Positions 43,538 to 62,163 of a stretch of DNA of 64,000 nt are shown here, piece after piece. The position numbers were made by a program, and so were the translations under genes. The notes under the pieces were generated by a model. It had not been told where the DNA came from and made no database searches. It worked only from the letters and a program-made list of their open reading frames with translations. Source of the stretch: Amoebidium appalachense (lineage: Eukaryota > Protista > Ichthyosporea); contig CAVNZM010000008.1 in assembly GCA_963693365.1 (NCBI GenBank), positions 4,860,310 through 4,924,309 of the forward strand, given 5' to 3'. How positions within the stretch are numbered: the first letter of the stretch is position 1; each line of letters opens with the position of its first letter.

Positions 43538-45778
43538 AGTGCAACCAGTAGTAAGGGGCTAAGCCAGGGTTGTATGAGGCCAGGCGCGGTGTAAATGATG
43601 GGACACTATACTAAGGCACTATGCTCTGAGAGCGTTACGAATTTTTTTTTAAAAAAAAGCACACAAGCTGTCAAAAGCTGTTGTTTTAGGATTACTAAAA
43701 GCCCCCGGGCGGAAGAAAGGAAAAAAACCGACAATTTAAAGACCGAAAAAAATCGGACATGCTTTTGTTGGATGCTCAGCCAAGACCTCACTCGCTGCTT
43801 CTCTGTGAGACCAAAATAAATCGGGGGAAAAGGCTTCAAAGGCTAATGAATAAAAATTTGACAGATATATTCAGGCCTTGTACACGTCGTGTGCTGTCCA
43901 CCGTGGCAAATATACTCGAACTGTAAGCTGTACCCAATGTACTTGCAACCCAACGTTTTGGGGTTGCAGTGAAAAAGCCCAAAATGGGCCCTTGGCAAAA
44001 CGTGCAGTTGCTGTACACTCTGGAGCTAAATTTAGGTATAAAAATGTTGTTGTTCACGATTTCGAGCTTCGAAAATGCAGGTGTAAAGCACAAATCGTGT
44101 TGCTCAAGTTGCAAACTTGGGATTAAATGAACACGTTATTGTGATTGAACATGTGCTCGTTACAGGACTCGTAGCTGAAGGAAGGTCCACGGAACCGAAA
44201 AACGACAACTAGTATAGTGGCGCCAAAAACACACTAAAGGAGTAGGCTGTGTGCTTCAACACACAGTCGCCATAAAGCCACACACACGTATAATAAAAAA
44301 CACTGCCATAAAACTGCCACACGGGCTTTCGCGAATGCCTGTGGTTTTTCGGAAGGGAATCGGTCACGTTACGGAACGAAAACGATGGGAAAGCAGAACT
44401 GGATTTACCCCCCTCAGCGAATGAATGCAAAGTTGATAGGAAGAATCCAATCAGATGACTTTGAGGCACCAGTAAACAACGGGGTGCGAAATAGTCAGCA
44501 GCAGGAGAAATCGAGAGTTATTAGGACAGGTATTAAAGGCTATACAGGATTCATGCAAAAACTGATAATCTATTGAATTGTGGTACGTTTTACTGAAATG
44601 TGAAATAAAACATCAAACATCGAACTTAATGGAAAAATGCTGCTCTGTAAACATAAGTTTCGTACCCTGTTGATCTTATTGTAGGCAGCCATGAGCCAAT
44701 GACATAACCGTGCACAAGATACGAGCCACCTACGTACAGGGTACTACAGGCGGCGACTGGCAATCGCCAGCTAAACAATGGTGATGTTTCCGAGGTCAAG
44801 ATGCCAGCCAGCTCAAGTGCTTTTTACCCCCCTCTCACAGCTAACCACTGGAATGCAGGCTCAGATATGATAAACAAACGAGGCCGATGACGTCACCCGG
44901 CCTGGTGGCAGGAAAATTTATAACGGAGTTTTTTTTTTTTTTTTGACATGTGCGGTGGAGATAGGAAACAGAGGGCCGGCAGCACAGAGACTAGAGGCAA
45001 GGCACTGAAACATACGTACATACAAAGCCCTACCGGAAGTGAGCAAGCCAGTGTGTCCGCGTGTGCGTGTGGAACACGAATATGGCGTTTTGCGTGCGTG
45101 TGTGTGCGCATGCGTGTGTCTGCCTGCGAACTTCACTTGATTTGAGTTTTTGTTGGACTTTTGGGGCTCATCCTGATGTCAACACACTCAAGCGGTGATG
45201 CGCGATGGGGCTGCTGCAGAATTGTGCTGAGTGAGTACACGGTGGTTTGTATGAGTTGTCTGCCTTATTTATTCAACGGCAAGCATCTTACCAATGCAGG
45301 GCCTGTTAACCCTGAGCATATCAGCATGTCAATTTACAAGCGTACACGACAATAAAGTTTCTGTACAGTCTGTACATTCTGAGTACCAAGTATGGTTGAA
45401 ACACAACCGTGCACCCGATGAGATCGCTAATCTAAGAGAATCGCCAGCCTCTTTTTTCCAACATGTTTCAAATTGGTACCGTTGCCACTACATAAATCAT
45501 GCTCCCGCCGGCATCAAGTCACAAACACACAAGTCCTACACCGAACAAGGATTCCGCGGCCGTTTCTGCTGTACATACACGCTGATGCCAATCTACTCTT
45601 CCAGCCAACAATGATACACTGATATCCTGATCAAGGCAGCCAAGCGCTTCTTTGAAACACCAGCCTTTGGCAAGTAAAACATAACATGCCAATTTCTAAA
45701 GCAATGATCTAAAATCGCGCTAAGATTTCCTCCTCTCCTCCAACCATCTCTCCACTTAGCTCACTGAAAGGGTTCATC

Positions 45779-45914
45779 CTACTGCATGCCGTCGAGAAGG
45801 GCTTTGACAGCTGGGAAGATAATCTCCCCCATACGGTCATAACCTGAATAGGCAAACGGGAGTAAGGGTATACGTTAGCATGTGTGTGGTTACTCAAATA
45901 TGTACAGTGTGCGC

Positions 45915-45951
<37 letters not shown>

Positions 45952-47318
45952 GGGGGGGGGGAGTGAGTGAGTGAGTGAGGAAGTGTGTGTGAGTGCATGT
46001 GTGTGTGCGCCCTCAAGAGTGTACTTGTATGTTGTGTTGTCGGGCATGCTCCGAATGTGTACACTTGGCAGTCGGTAAATGCACTTTGTCTCTCTCCCCC
46101 CCCCCCCCCTCCCCCCCCCTTCCCCCCCCCCCCTCTCCCCGGGGGGCGCTCCTGCAAGAAACATCATCATGAAGTTCGACCTCCCCCCCTCCCCCAACCC
46201 CCACCACCACACACACACACACCTCCCTGCTCTTTTGGGCGGAGCATCTTATGGTCTTAGTGCTGCCGGTCACTGGGTGCCACAGTGAACTTCAAGTCAT
46301 GATTCGTCTGAGAATGCACACAAACGCACCTGTGCATGATGCCATTTTCGTTGGTTGATGTAGGGAGGGAGAAAGGGGGGGGAGGGGAGGGGGGGGGAGA
46401 TGGGAGGGGAGGAGGGGGGAGGGGGGGGGATGGGGAGGGGAGGGGCTCTCACCAGCCGGGCTGAGGTGTGTACGGTCGAGATCCCAGAGCCTCTCCTTCT
46501 CATCCTCAGATAGACTCAACTGCGGTAGCTCCTTCTTCACATCCGCAACTGCTACCTGCAGATATACGTGAGATATATTGGCTTGGTATGACTTAAAAAT
46601 GTGGTGGTGGTGAGAAAAAACATAAAAATGTGATAGTGGTTGGATATGGCAAGAAAATGCGTTAGTGGTTGGATTTACAAATGCAATAGTGGTTGGCTAC
46701 ATGAAACGTAAAACCGGTGAGATACGACGTATGAAAATGTGATAGTTGTTAGATACGGTATAAAAACCAGACAATGGTTGGATATGACAAGAGAATATAT
46801 CTCAGCTGTGTTGGCTTCTTCTTCACGTCACCAAGTGCTACCTGAGATATACATGAAATAGCAATTCAATAGGACATAGTATTTATTCAGAATACAATAT
46901 ATCAACTGCACTACATACCCCGTTCTTTCCTTCACCGGCCACTGCAACCAAGAGACACACGAGAGATCATCGTATGATATGACACTAGAAGACTACAAAT
47001 GTTGGTAAATATATATATAAACCTAGGGTGCTGAAAATCCGCAATATATAGTACATAATTTATCTTTTTTGAACGAGCAGCCTGAGGGTAGGAAGTCACA
47101 GCCAACAGTAGGTTTATTACACGGGAGAAATCTTGCAACATATCTACCCATATGCATATATGGAAATGGCAAGCTGGCGGTGACAAATCTTTTAACAGTG
47201 GGGTATCCGAAAGAGCCACATCGAAAACAAACACACACACCTTCTAAAGCTTTCTGTGTTTTCTGCCCATGTACGGTGATGGTAATGAAGGTGGTGCTGG
47301 TGTGTGTGTGTGTGTGTG

Positions 47319-47358
<40 letters not shown>

Positions 47359-47722
47359 GGGGGGGGGGGGGGGGGAACCTTGTCCGTGTGTTCGGCAGCC
47401 CACTCCAAAAGAGGTTCATTGATTTCTGCAATGAACTTCTCAACCCTGGCATCGTCGGGCTGTATGTGTGTGTAGGGGGTATTAGTCTGTGTGTGTCTGT
47501 GCCAGTCTCTCTCTCTCAGGCTCTCTCCCCAACCCTCTCTCTCTGTGTGTGTACGTGTGTGTGTTTTGTGTCCGTGCTCATGCTCGTGCATGATTGTTCT
47601 CGCGCGCGCGTGTGTGTATGTGTGCATGCGCGTGTGTTGACTTTGTTGTCTTGCCGTCTATTTATGTACATGGGGCGGAGGAGTTGAAAGATAACAGGCT
47701 TGCGGATGACCAAATTTAGATC

Positions 47723-47757
<35 letters not shown>

Positions 47758-48793
47758 GGAAGTGGATATTTTAAAATGAAAAACCCCCGGGGGAGCTCTC
47801 ACAATGCTGAAGTCACCAGCCATAGCTACTCTGACTAAGTGCCACGCATGCCAAACCCAAAATCCATAAAACACAGCATCGACATAAAATCAAAGGGATA
47901 TGGAAGCCCAGATGAAGAGGGGGGAGGGGAAGAGGGGGGAGGGGGGGAGAGGCGGGGGGGATTTTCAGCGGAGAAAGGATGGGAGTGGGGGCGGGGGGGG
48001 GGGGGGGGAGGGGGGGGGGGGAAAGGGGGGGGTTTATACATACCGTGTCTCCAAATTCGGGGATGGTGACAAGCACCGTCCTTGCCCCGTGGCTGTGGGC
48101 AAGTACGTGCAGGTCCCTCACTGCGCCAAATATGGCAAGCGCACTTGGACCCCCCCAAGGGTTGATGTCGTTGGTACCCCCCAAAATCACGACAACATCG
48201 TACTTTTCCTGAAGCCGGAGGGTTGCAAACTTGAGGATGAGTAATGTTTATTCGTTCATAGTGATTGAAAAGGCCCATTGCAGTTCACAGAAATCGGACA
48301 CACGCCATGCCCCTCTGTGTGTGCGACACACACAAACACCAGATACTAAGGCACACACGCACACACACACACACACACACACCTGGGCGCAGAGGCGTGG
48401 AGGTCGGGGAGAGTAGGAGGAAAGGAGCGATGGACGGAGGGAAGAGGGAGAAGGGGGGAGGAGGGGAGGGGGGGGGACAGAGAATTGGTAAAGTATGCTG
48501 CAGAAGGAAGAGAAGTGGGGTGGGGAAAGGGGATGGGGTGGGGGTGGCCCGGGGGCGGGGGAAGAGGGCTTGACAACCTCTGCAACCTCAAGCAGCCCCC
48601 TCAGTCTCTCCGCCAAGTCCCCAGGCACTGCGCTCTGTTCCTCCTTCCCTGCCGTCACCACGCACGCACCATCACCCAAAAGTCTCACAAGAGTGAGGGA
48701 GTAAGGATGTTCCTCGTATTTCTTGGTTTCTGGGTGGTGGTATAGTCCCTTGGTGAGACTGTCACCAAAACATAGCACGCGATTTTGCGCCAT
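45779..48793 (-). CDS. SGNH/GDSL hydrolase (lipase/esterase), 5 exons, ~209 aa
   Basis: Exons 48793-48578 (donor less certain), 48208-48044, 47459-47379, 46555-46453, 45843-45779. Blocks FGDSLT, ILGGTND and DRTHLSPAGY. Confidence 0.88.
46590..46800. repeat. Degenerate ~25-30-bp intronic minisatellite (aaaatgtgatagtggttggatat-like)
   Basis: About 6-7 diverged units are visible. Confidence 0.65.
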
Positions 48794-49226
48794 TCTTATA
48801 AACGGTATATATACTCCGTAAAACTCACCAGGTAAAACTTTCTTCTTCCCAAACTTTTTTGTTTTCGATTCAGTGAGTTTGCTGTGTTTCCTCGTTAGTT
48901 GTCGGTAAACGTGATACAAAGAAGTACGATAGAAACGAGCTCTCTAGCTAATATGGGCTCAAATGTGAGGTTTGCGCTCCTCGAACATATGCTACCTTGA
49001 TAATGTAGTTTTAGACATCTACGCGGATGTTTGCGACATCAGTCGCGTAATTAGCGCACTCCGAAGCACACATGACTCACCAGATCTAGAGAGGACTCAA
49101 GAGCATCACGTTCATAGCTAGAGTGTGGTCTGGTGGTTTTCCATGTTTTTGTCAATGATTTCTCTCAGGTGGTGTACACACAGAAACGCTCAACGGGGCT
49201 TTCTCTCTTTTGTCCAGTGGCGAAAG
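48794..49226. promoter_or_regulatory. Short divergent promoter region between the SGNH hydrolase and the ERI1-like gene
   Basis: Head-to-head ATGs ~430 bp apart in repeat-free sequence. Confidence 0.5.
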
Positions 49227-55096
<5,870 letters not shown>

Positions 55097-55285
55097 GGGG
55101 GGTTTGATTTTTGCAAGTTTTATTATCTGTTGTGTGTATCAGTGTGTTTTTTTTTTTGTAATTCCATTTTTGTGTGTTTATTTTTATTTGTTTTTGTTTT
55201 TATTTCTATTTTTTACTATTTTTGGGGGGGAGGGGGAGAAGTGTGTTTGTGTGTATGTGTGTGTGTGTGTGTGTGTGTGTTGCGG

Positions 55286-55322
<37 letters not shown>

Positions 55323-55579
55323 TGGGGACAGGGGTTGTTGAATAGGAGTATTTGGTTGTTGAGAACTTCGGTCGGTAACTTAGGTGCCATTGGGGTATGC
55401 CCTTCTTTGGAGAGATGGTTATGTTTAAATCAATAATTGAATGAATGGGACGGAGGAATGAATGGAACCTTGGAAGGTGTCGTGGTGCATGAATGGATAT
55501 GGTTCAATCGGATCATAAAGAAAGCACAGGCAGGCACCGTGATGCATGCCACACGCACACACACGAACAGACGCACAGG

Positions 55580-55621
<42 letters not shown>

Positions 55622-56712
55622 AAAGGACACGCGAGCCCGTTCTTAGAGTGATAGATGAACACGAGTTGGAATTACGTCAAATCTATGTTGTTCCAAATCT
55701 ATGTTGTTCTCCTGTTATTGAGCGAATGTAAATTCTCAAATGTATAACACGTCCACTGTGGACACTTCTGCTGGTTACAAAGAAACAACTAAATTCGTTG
55801 GTGTATGCAGTTATATGGTGGCTTGCTGTGGCAAAACACTTAATAAACCGATAACTGGCCCTTGATTGGTGCCTGAGAATTAAATTACCGCTACCTATAT
55901 TTGCATGTGCTGGCGCCACCCGTCCACAAATGGCGGTGTCACAGTGTGTGTTGGGCGGTTGGGGATCCGGAAGGGGGGGAGCTCGGGGTGGGGGGGGGGG
56001 GTCTTTCTTGCGGATGTGTGTGCCACGGTTTGTGTGTGCGCGCTGGCATGTGTGTGTGTGCAGTGTGTGTGTGTGTACATGTGCATGTGTGTGCGTGTAC
56101 GTGTTTGTGTTTGCACGGTGTGTGTGTTTTTATGTCCGTGCGTGCGTGCGTGTGTGCGTGCGTGTGTGTGCATGTACGTGTGTTTGTGTTTGTGCGTGTA
56201 TGTGTATGTGTTTGTGCGTGTGTGTGTGTTTGTGCGTGTGTGTGTTTGTGCGTGTGTGTGTGTGGGTGTTGGTGTGTGTGTTGAAGATGAGCTAGCTCTT
56301 GTAGCGTGACAATGCCGTGTCACTGACATGATATACATGAGGACAACATCATTTGGTACACTTTCCCGGCCCCGGTGGCACAAAAGTGCGTTTTTATCGA
56401 ATCAAAGATGTGTATACCTATGCTAATATTAGTCCGCAGTGCTTGCACGCGCATAAAACCTACACTGATACGGATCGGATTGCCCATATAAGGAAATTCA
56501 AAAAAATCGTTTTTACGATAGGGAGCCCCTACGTGTTTAAGGCCGGAAAAAACAGGTCCTTTATTAATCAGTGAATTATTGTTGGGTGCTTGGCCAATAG
56601 CATGCATAGCTAAAAGTACATGTTTATATCCAGTATTATTGCATATATCCATCCTAAATGAAAATCCAGGCCCGGCCTAATATATATCAGTGTAATTTAG
56701 TTGATTGGAGCA

Positions 56713-56779
56713 TCAATAATGCGAGTAGTCGCCAAAATCATCAAAGGTGTCCTCGTGGGCTACAGGGTCCTCGGCAGCT

Positions 56780-56812
<33 letters not shown>

Positions 56813-56826
56813 GTGGGGGGGGGGAA

Positions 56827-56862
<36 letters not shown>

Positions 56863-57241
56863 GGAGGGGGGACGGGAGGGGAAAGAGGGGAAGGGGGGAG
56901 GGGGGGAGGGGGGAGGGAGGGGGAGGGTGAGGGGGGGGGGGGGGGTAGAGGGAGGGGGAGGGGGTGGGGGGGGGGGGGGGGGGGAAGGGTTAGAACGAAA
57001 TCTTGACAACTAATTTATTAACCTAATAGTATTATAAGACCAGGTTTCAAAGGTTTTTATGTATGATACTATTCATTAACCTAAATTAGAGTATTATAAG
57101 ACCAGGTTTCAATAGTTTTTATGTAGATGCTATTCATTAACCTGATAGTATAATGAGCAACCAGGTTTCTAAGGGTTTTTATGCAGATGCATTTCATTAA
57201 CCCGGGATTTGGTACTGCAAACTACAAATCTCGTGCGCAAA

Positions 57242-57302
<61 letters not shown>

Positions 57303-58109
57303 CCCTTCTTTATTATGTGTGTGTGTGTGGGGGGGGGGGGGGGGGGGGGGGGGAAGGGGGGGAGGGGGAGGGGGGAGGAGCCCCCGGGGGTGTGGGTGGT
57401 GGTGGTGGTGGTGGTGGTGGTGGGGGGGGGGGAGGGGTAAATTTTAAGTGTGTATGTGTTGTTTCTTTTTTATTCGGGGGGGGGGGGGGGGGGGGGGGGG
57501 GGGTGGTTTGAGGGTTTGGGGGAAGAGGGGGGGGGGGGGGGGGGGGTGCATGATATTGCACGTGATAACTCGTGTAGGAAAGCTTCGGGGTCACCGTGTA
57601 CACATTGCACAATGACACTCAGAACCCCCGGGCACAATTAACCCACGTAAACCAGGTCCGGGGCCCACCAAATTACAAATTCGCAATAGGAGTACACTTA
57701 CGTTGAATTGCAAAATCCAGTGTAAATCTCGCTCCGGCCCGTAGAGTAATAGCTCCCTCGGCAGTAGGACTAGCCACCTCATTTCCACGGGAGGACAGAT
57801 TGGCCCTAATCGTATAACCGCCGACTGGCACCTGAGGGAAGTTGAAACTCCCATCGGCACCCGTAGTAGAACGAGCAACCGTTCCCCCCTGAGAGTTGAG
57901 GAGGGATATGGGGATGCCCGGGATAAGGGTTTCTCCGTTGGTGAACTTTTGGTCTTTGTTGCTGTCGACAAACACTCTGCCGGTGACGGATGCTGCAAAT
58001 AATGTTTTTAGTTGTCAGTTGCAGTCTAGGCTAGGATACTAGTTGAGTACCACACATCATTTGGACACATGCTAATTAATAGTGACCCTTAGGGAAGAAG
58101 GCCCCTTCC

Positions 58110-58159
<50 letters not shown>

Positions 58160-60121
58160 TTCTCCCCCCCCCGCGGCCCTTGTCCCCCCCCCCCCCCTCC
58201 CTCGGGGACCCCAAATGGTGCGAAGTGGAAGATTGAAAGGTGAACATTGCATTTTTGTGCGTTAGGGAGGGGGGTCTGAGATGTAAAGTTACCCTTCTTG
58301 TTGTGGTCTAAATGCATTATCTGGAAATTGGGAATCTACATACTAGGAAGGGGATTCGAAGATACGAAAAAATATTAAATATTTTAAACTTTTAAGCTAT
58401 TAAAAAAATCCGCATGCAAGTACACATACCAGGGGGGGGGGCGGATGTCCCGGCAACATCATACACCACCGTCTGTCCCGAAGCAACCGTAATAGTCCGC
58501 GAACGCGCGCTCGCCGGAATGTTAAACCCAGCAAGAGTACCGACAGACACCACATACGTCCCAGGCCTGAGTCCCGTAAACTCAAAGCGCCCATTCGCCG
58601 ACGTCGTGACAGCGGGACGTATCCTCTGACCGTTCAGCGTGATTGAAATAGCCACGCCGGAGACCCCCTCGCCCGCATCCGGCCTCCTGTTATTGTTGCG
58701 ATCGTTAAAGATTGTCCCTGTGATCCTCCCGTTGAGCGATGGTAAAACTGGAACCACACTGAAATCATCGTTCAGCCCTGGTTTGACAACCACCGTAAAA
58801 CTGCTTTTCTCCCCGGGGGCAGGCCGGCGGTTAGGAGGGAATATTGGCTTGATGGTATATGTCCCGGCGGGGACAGATATCGTTATCTTTCCTTCGTCAT
58901 CCGTCGTCTGTGTCTCCACCAACTCACCATTTTCGTTGTAAACTTCCACGTCAGTGTTTTGTAGCGGGGCGCCTTCGGGATCTCTTATCACAAAAGTTAT
59001 CGTCCCTTCCTCGGCGGGTACCTTAATCGTTTGCGTAACGGACCGGCTCGCGCCGGCGACAACCACAATACCGAACCTGTCGTTGGGCGGGGTGGGGCGG
59101 CGGTCGACGGGCCATACGGGAGCGACGGTGTATGAGCCTGGGGGTACTTTAATCACGACCACACCTTTTGCGTCTGTAACTCCTGTGGTGATTATTCTGC
59201 CGTCCGGGCCGAGAATACGTACGGTGATGCCGCCGTAGGGTTTGTTGTTGGAGTCGATGAGGGTGATGGTTAGGGTTCCGTCGGGGTCCGCTGAGGTGTT
59301 GATGTGCAGAGTCAGAAATGTTTTTTTCCAAAAAAAAACCAATGTTGGTGTATAATTTCGGAAATCGGCTGCTGATTATCGACACACACAAGTGTCGGTG
59401 TGCAAATTCAAACAGGTGTACGTGTACACTCACAACATGAACATGTGTACTGTGAGGCAGGTGCACATACTCGTTCCAGTTGCCGCGATAGGTAATGTTA
59501 TGCCATACTATCCGTTCTTGTTTGCGATCAAAATCCCTACCCCACTCAGAAACAAAACCGTGACATTGGTTCAACCTAGAAAAATGGAGGGGGGGGGAGG
59601 GGGAGGAGGGGGAGGGGAGAAAGAGGGTCCCCGGGGGAAGGGGGGGGGGGGGGGGGGGGGGGGAGGGAGGGGGGAGGGGGTATGTAGTTAAGGGGGTCCA
59701 CGTACGCATATTGAATGTCTGTGCATCGTCCTCCTGCGACACCAAATCATCACAAGCCCTGTACAGGTCACACCTCCTTGTCGACGCATAGTAAGAGAAA
59801 AACTTGCACCCGGCTGTCTGAGACGCGGCACATTCAGCCCGGCAGGCTGAAACGGTTGGCTGTGTGGTGGCACGACGTAGAAGGCCTGAGTCCACACAGC
59901 GGAAACCGTCCGGGGCAGGGAATGTGGCTGGGGTTGAGGTTACACGTGAATATATATGTGTTAAGTAACTGTTTTTCAAGTGTTTGTTTGGATTGTACTA
60001 AAGTGTTTTTAAGGGTTTTGCATCTAAGTGAAATGGTGGAGGGAAAGGGGGGGAGGGGGAGAGAGGGGAAGAGGGAGGGAGGGAGAGGTTTCTTTCTTTC
60101 TTTCTTTCTTTTTTTTTTTTT

Positions 60122-60152
<31 letters not shown>

Positions 60153-60379
60153 GTTCTTTTTTTTTGTGGGGGGAGGGGGGGGGGGGGGGGAAGTGAGTGA
60201 GGCTCGTGGCGGAGATGATGAGAGAGGGGAGGTATTCGGAATGCATAGGATACAACGAGCACGCAAAGATCGTGTGTGATTGCAAGGGGAGAATAAAGAT
60301 GAAATATAGACGGGATCGGATAGGGACACACACCTGGTGGCTTCATGCTGGGGAAGGCTGCAGACGTCCAAGGCCATGG

Positions 60380-60460
<81 letters not shown>

Positions 60461-60799
60461 TGTGTGTGTGTGTATGAGTGTGTGCGTGTGTGTGTGTGTG
60501 TGCCCACGCATACATGTGCATGTGTATGCACTTGTAGGAACGGGAGGTGAAGATGGTGTTGTCAGCGAAATGCGTGTGTCAATGACAGAAAGTGCAAAAT
60601 TCCTGAGAAGAACTTATGCAGGGTTGGATAGTTAGATAAATTTGGGTGTGTTGTGCCTGCCGCATGGCATGCACGTATTTTTATGGTCCTTTTAACAAGT
60701 TAAAAGAAATGAATTGTGGCAGGTCTTTCCCCAATCATATCAGTCCGTGTGCCGCTCAAAAGTGCATGAAGGGTGTGGGGAGGGAAGGGGGCGGGGGCG

Positions 60800-60831
<32 letters not shown>

Positions 60832-61677
60832 TGAAGGATGGGCCGGGTTCCAAGGGGGATCGGAGATACAAAATGCAGGAAAGGCAGAAGAAGGGTGTGT
60901 GTGGTGGTGGTGATGGTGGTGGTGATGGTGGTGGTGGTTGGGGGGGGGGGGGGGGGGGGGGGGGAGGAGAGGAAGAAAAAACAAAGAAAGTTGAAGGCCA
61001 AAAGGGGAACACAAAAGCAACTTGAAGGGAGAGGTGAGAGGAAAACGGGAAGGGGGGGGGGGGGGGGGGGGAGGGGGGGGGATGGGAAGGAAAATAAAAG
61101 GGATGGTGGAGGTGCGAGCAAACACTTTGCCAATTCACACAAATAGAGAAATAAACAAACGATAGTCTTAATAAAGCAAACAAAAAAGTAGGAGTAAGCA
61201 ACGACATTTTTTATTTAAGCAAACAAAAAAGTAAGAATATACGTACGCTTGATCTGAAGCGAAGAAACGTTCGGTACCGGGTCGAACCTATCGCAATACT
61301 GGTACAGGGTGCATTCCCGCGTGTTGACGTTATAGCCAATGAAAAAGCAGGAAGGGGTCTGCTGACACGTGGACGTGCACGAGTTCATGGTTGCCTGGGT
61401 GCTTGGGCGGCTGTCTTTAATGAGTCCGTCTACGGCGCAGCGACGGCCATCAGAGACACCTTCAAGTGAAGCGGGACACTCAGTCAGTGGGTTTGTATTA
61501 AGTGTGTTTTAAAGTGTTTGAACATGTTTAGTTGTTTTGGCTGCTTTTTAAACACAGTTTCAGCTATTTTTAGACACTTGAAGTGACCAATTTATAGATG
61601 ATACGGGGAGGAGGCCGGCCGTTTGGGGGGGGAGGGTAGGGAGGCAGGGGGATGCGGGGGAAGGGAGGAAGGAAGAA

Positions 61678-61708
<31 letters not shown>

Positions 61709-62128
61709 CTCCTCCTAAGTTAACAATCAGTCTCTGAGGGAAACAGAGCCGTGGCAGCTGTCGTACGATAAGAAAAACGGGATGGAGGATGATGGTGAGT
61801 CGTGTTAGTGTGTCACTCAGTGTGTGTATGTGTTGGAGGGGAGGTGGGGGAAAAGGGATTGGGGGAGGGGGAGGGGGGAGAGGGGGGGGAAAGAGGGGGG
61901 GGGGGGGGGGGGAAGAAGACTACACGGGGTGTGTGTGTGCGTGCGTGTGTGTGTTTGTGTGTATGTGTGTGTGTGTGCGTGTGTGTCAGTGTGCATGTGT
62001 GCCTGTGTCTGAAAGAAGGCAAAATGAGTGTGGGTGGGAGGTAGTGAGCTCAGAGCAGAATGAGGGGAGTGGGGATGGGGTGGGGTAGGGCGGGGGGGGA
62101 AGGGTGCTGGGAAAGGGTGTGTGTGTGT

Positions 62129-62163
<35 letters not shown>

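Noticed and set aside
48794-48919. N-terminal extension of the SGNH ORF given in the track
   Set aside because: The track start is a non-ATG codon. The first ATG at 48793 lies just before the GDSL block, as is typical.
57013-57205. Tandem repeats as a CRISPR-like array (also 46590-46800)
   Set aside because: There are no unique spacers and no cas genes, and the context is a eukaryotic intron. These are ordinary minisatellites.
57673-57701. Stop at 57673 as the end of the surface-protein gene
   Set aside because: A strong GTAAGT donor at 57701 splices in phase to a terminal exon at 56777-56713. Intron retention is still possible.
60378-61246. Possible U12 AT-AC intron (ATATTCTT donor, ...AAC acceptor)
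   Set aside because: A canonical C|GTACGT donor at the same position as in the paralogous PAN exons explains the junction, and ATATTCTT mismatches the RTATCCTT consensus.
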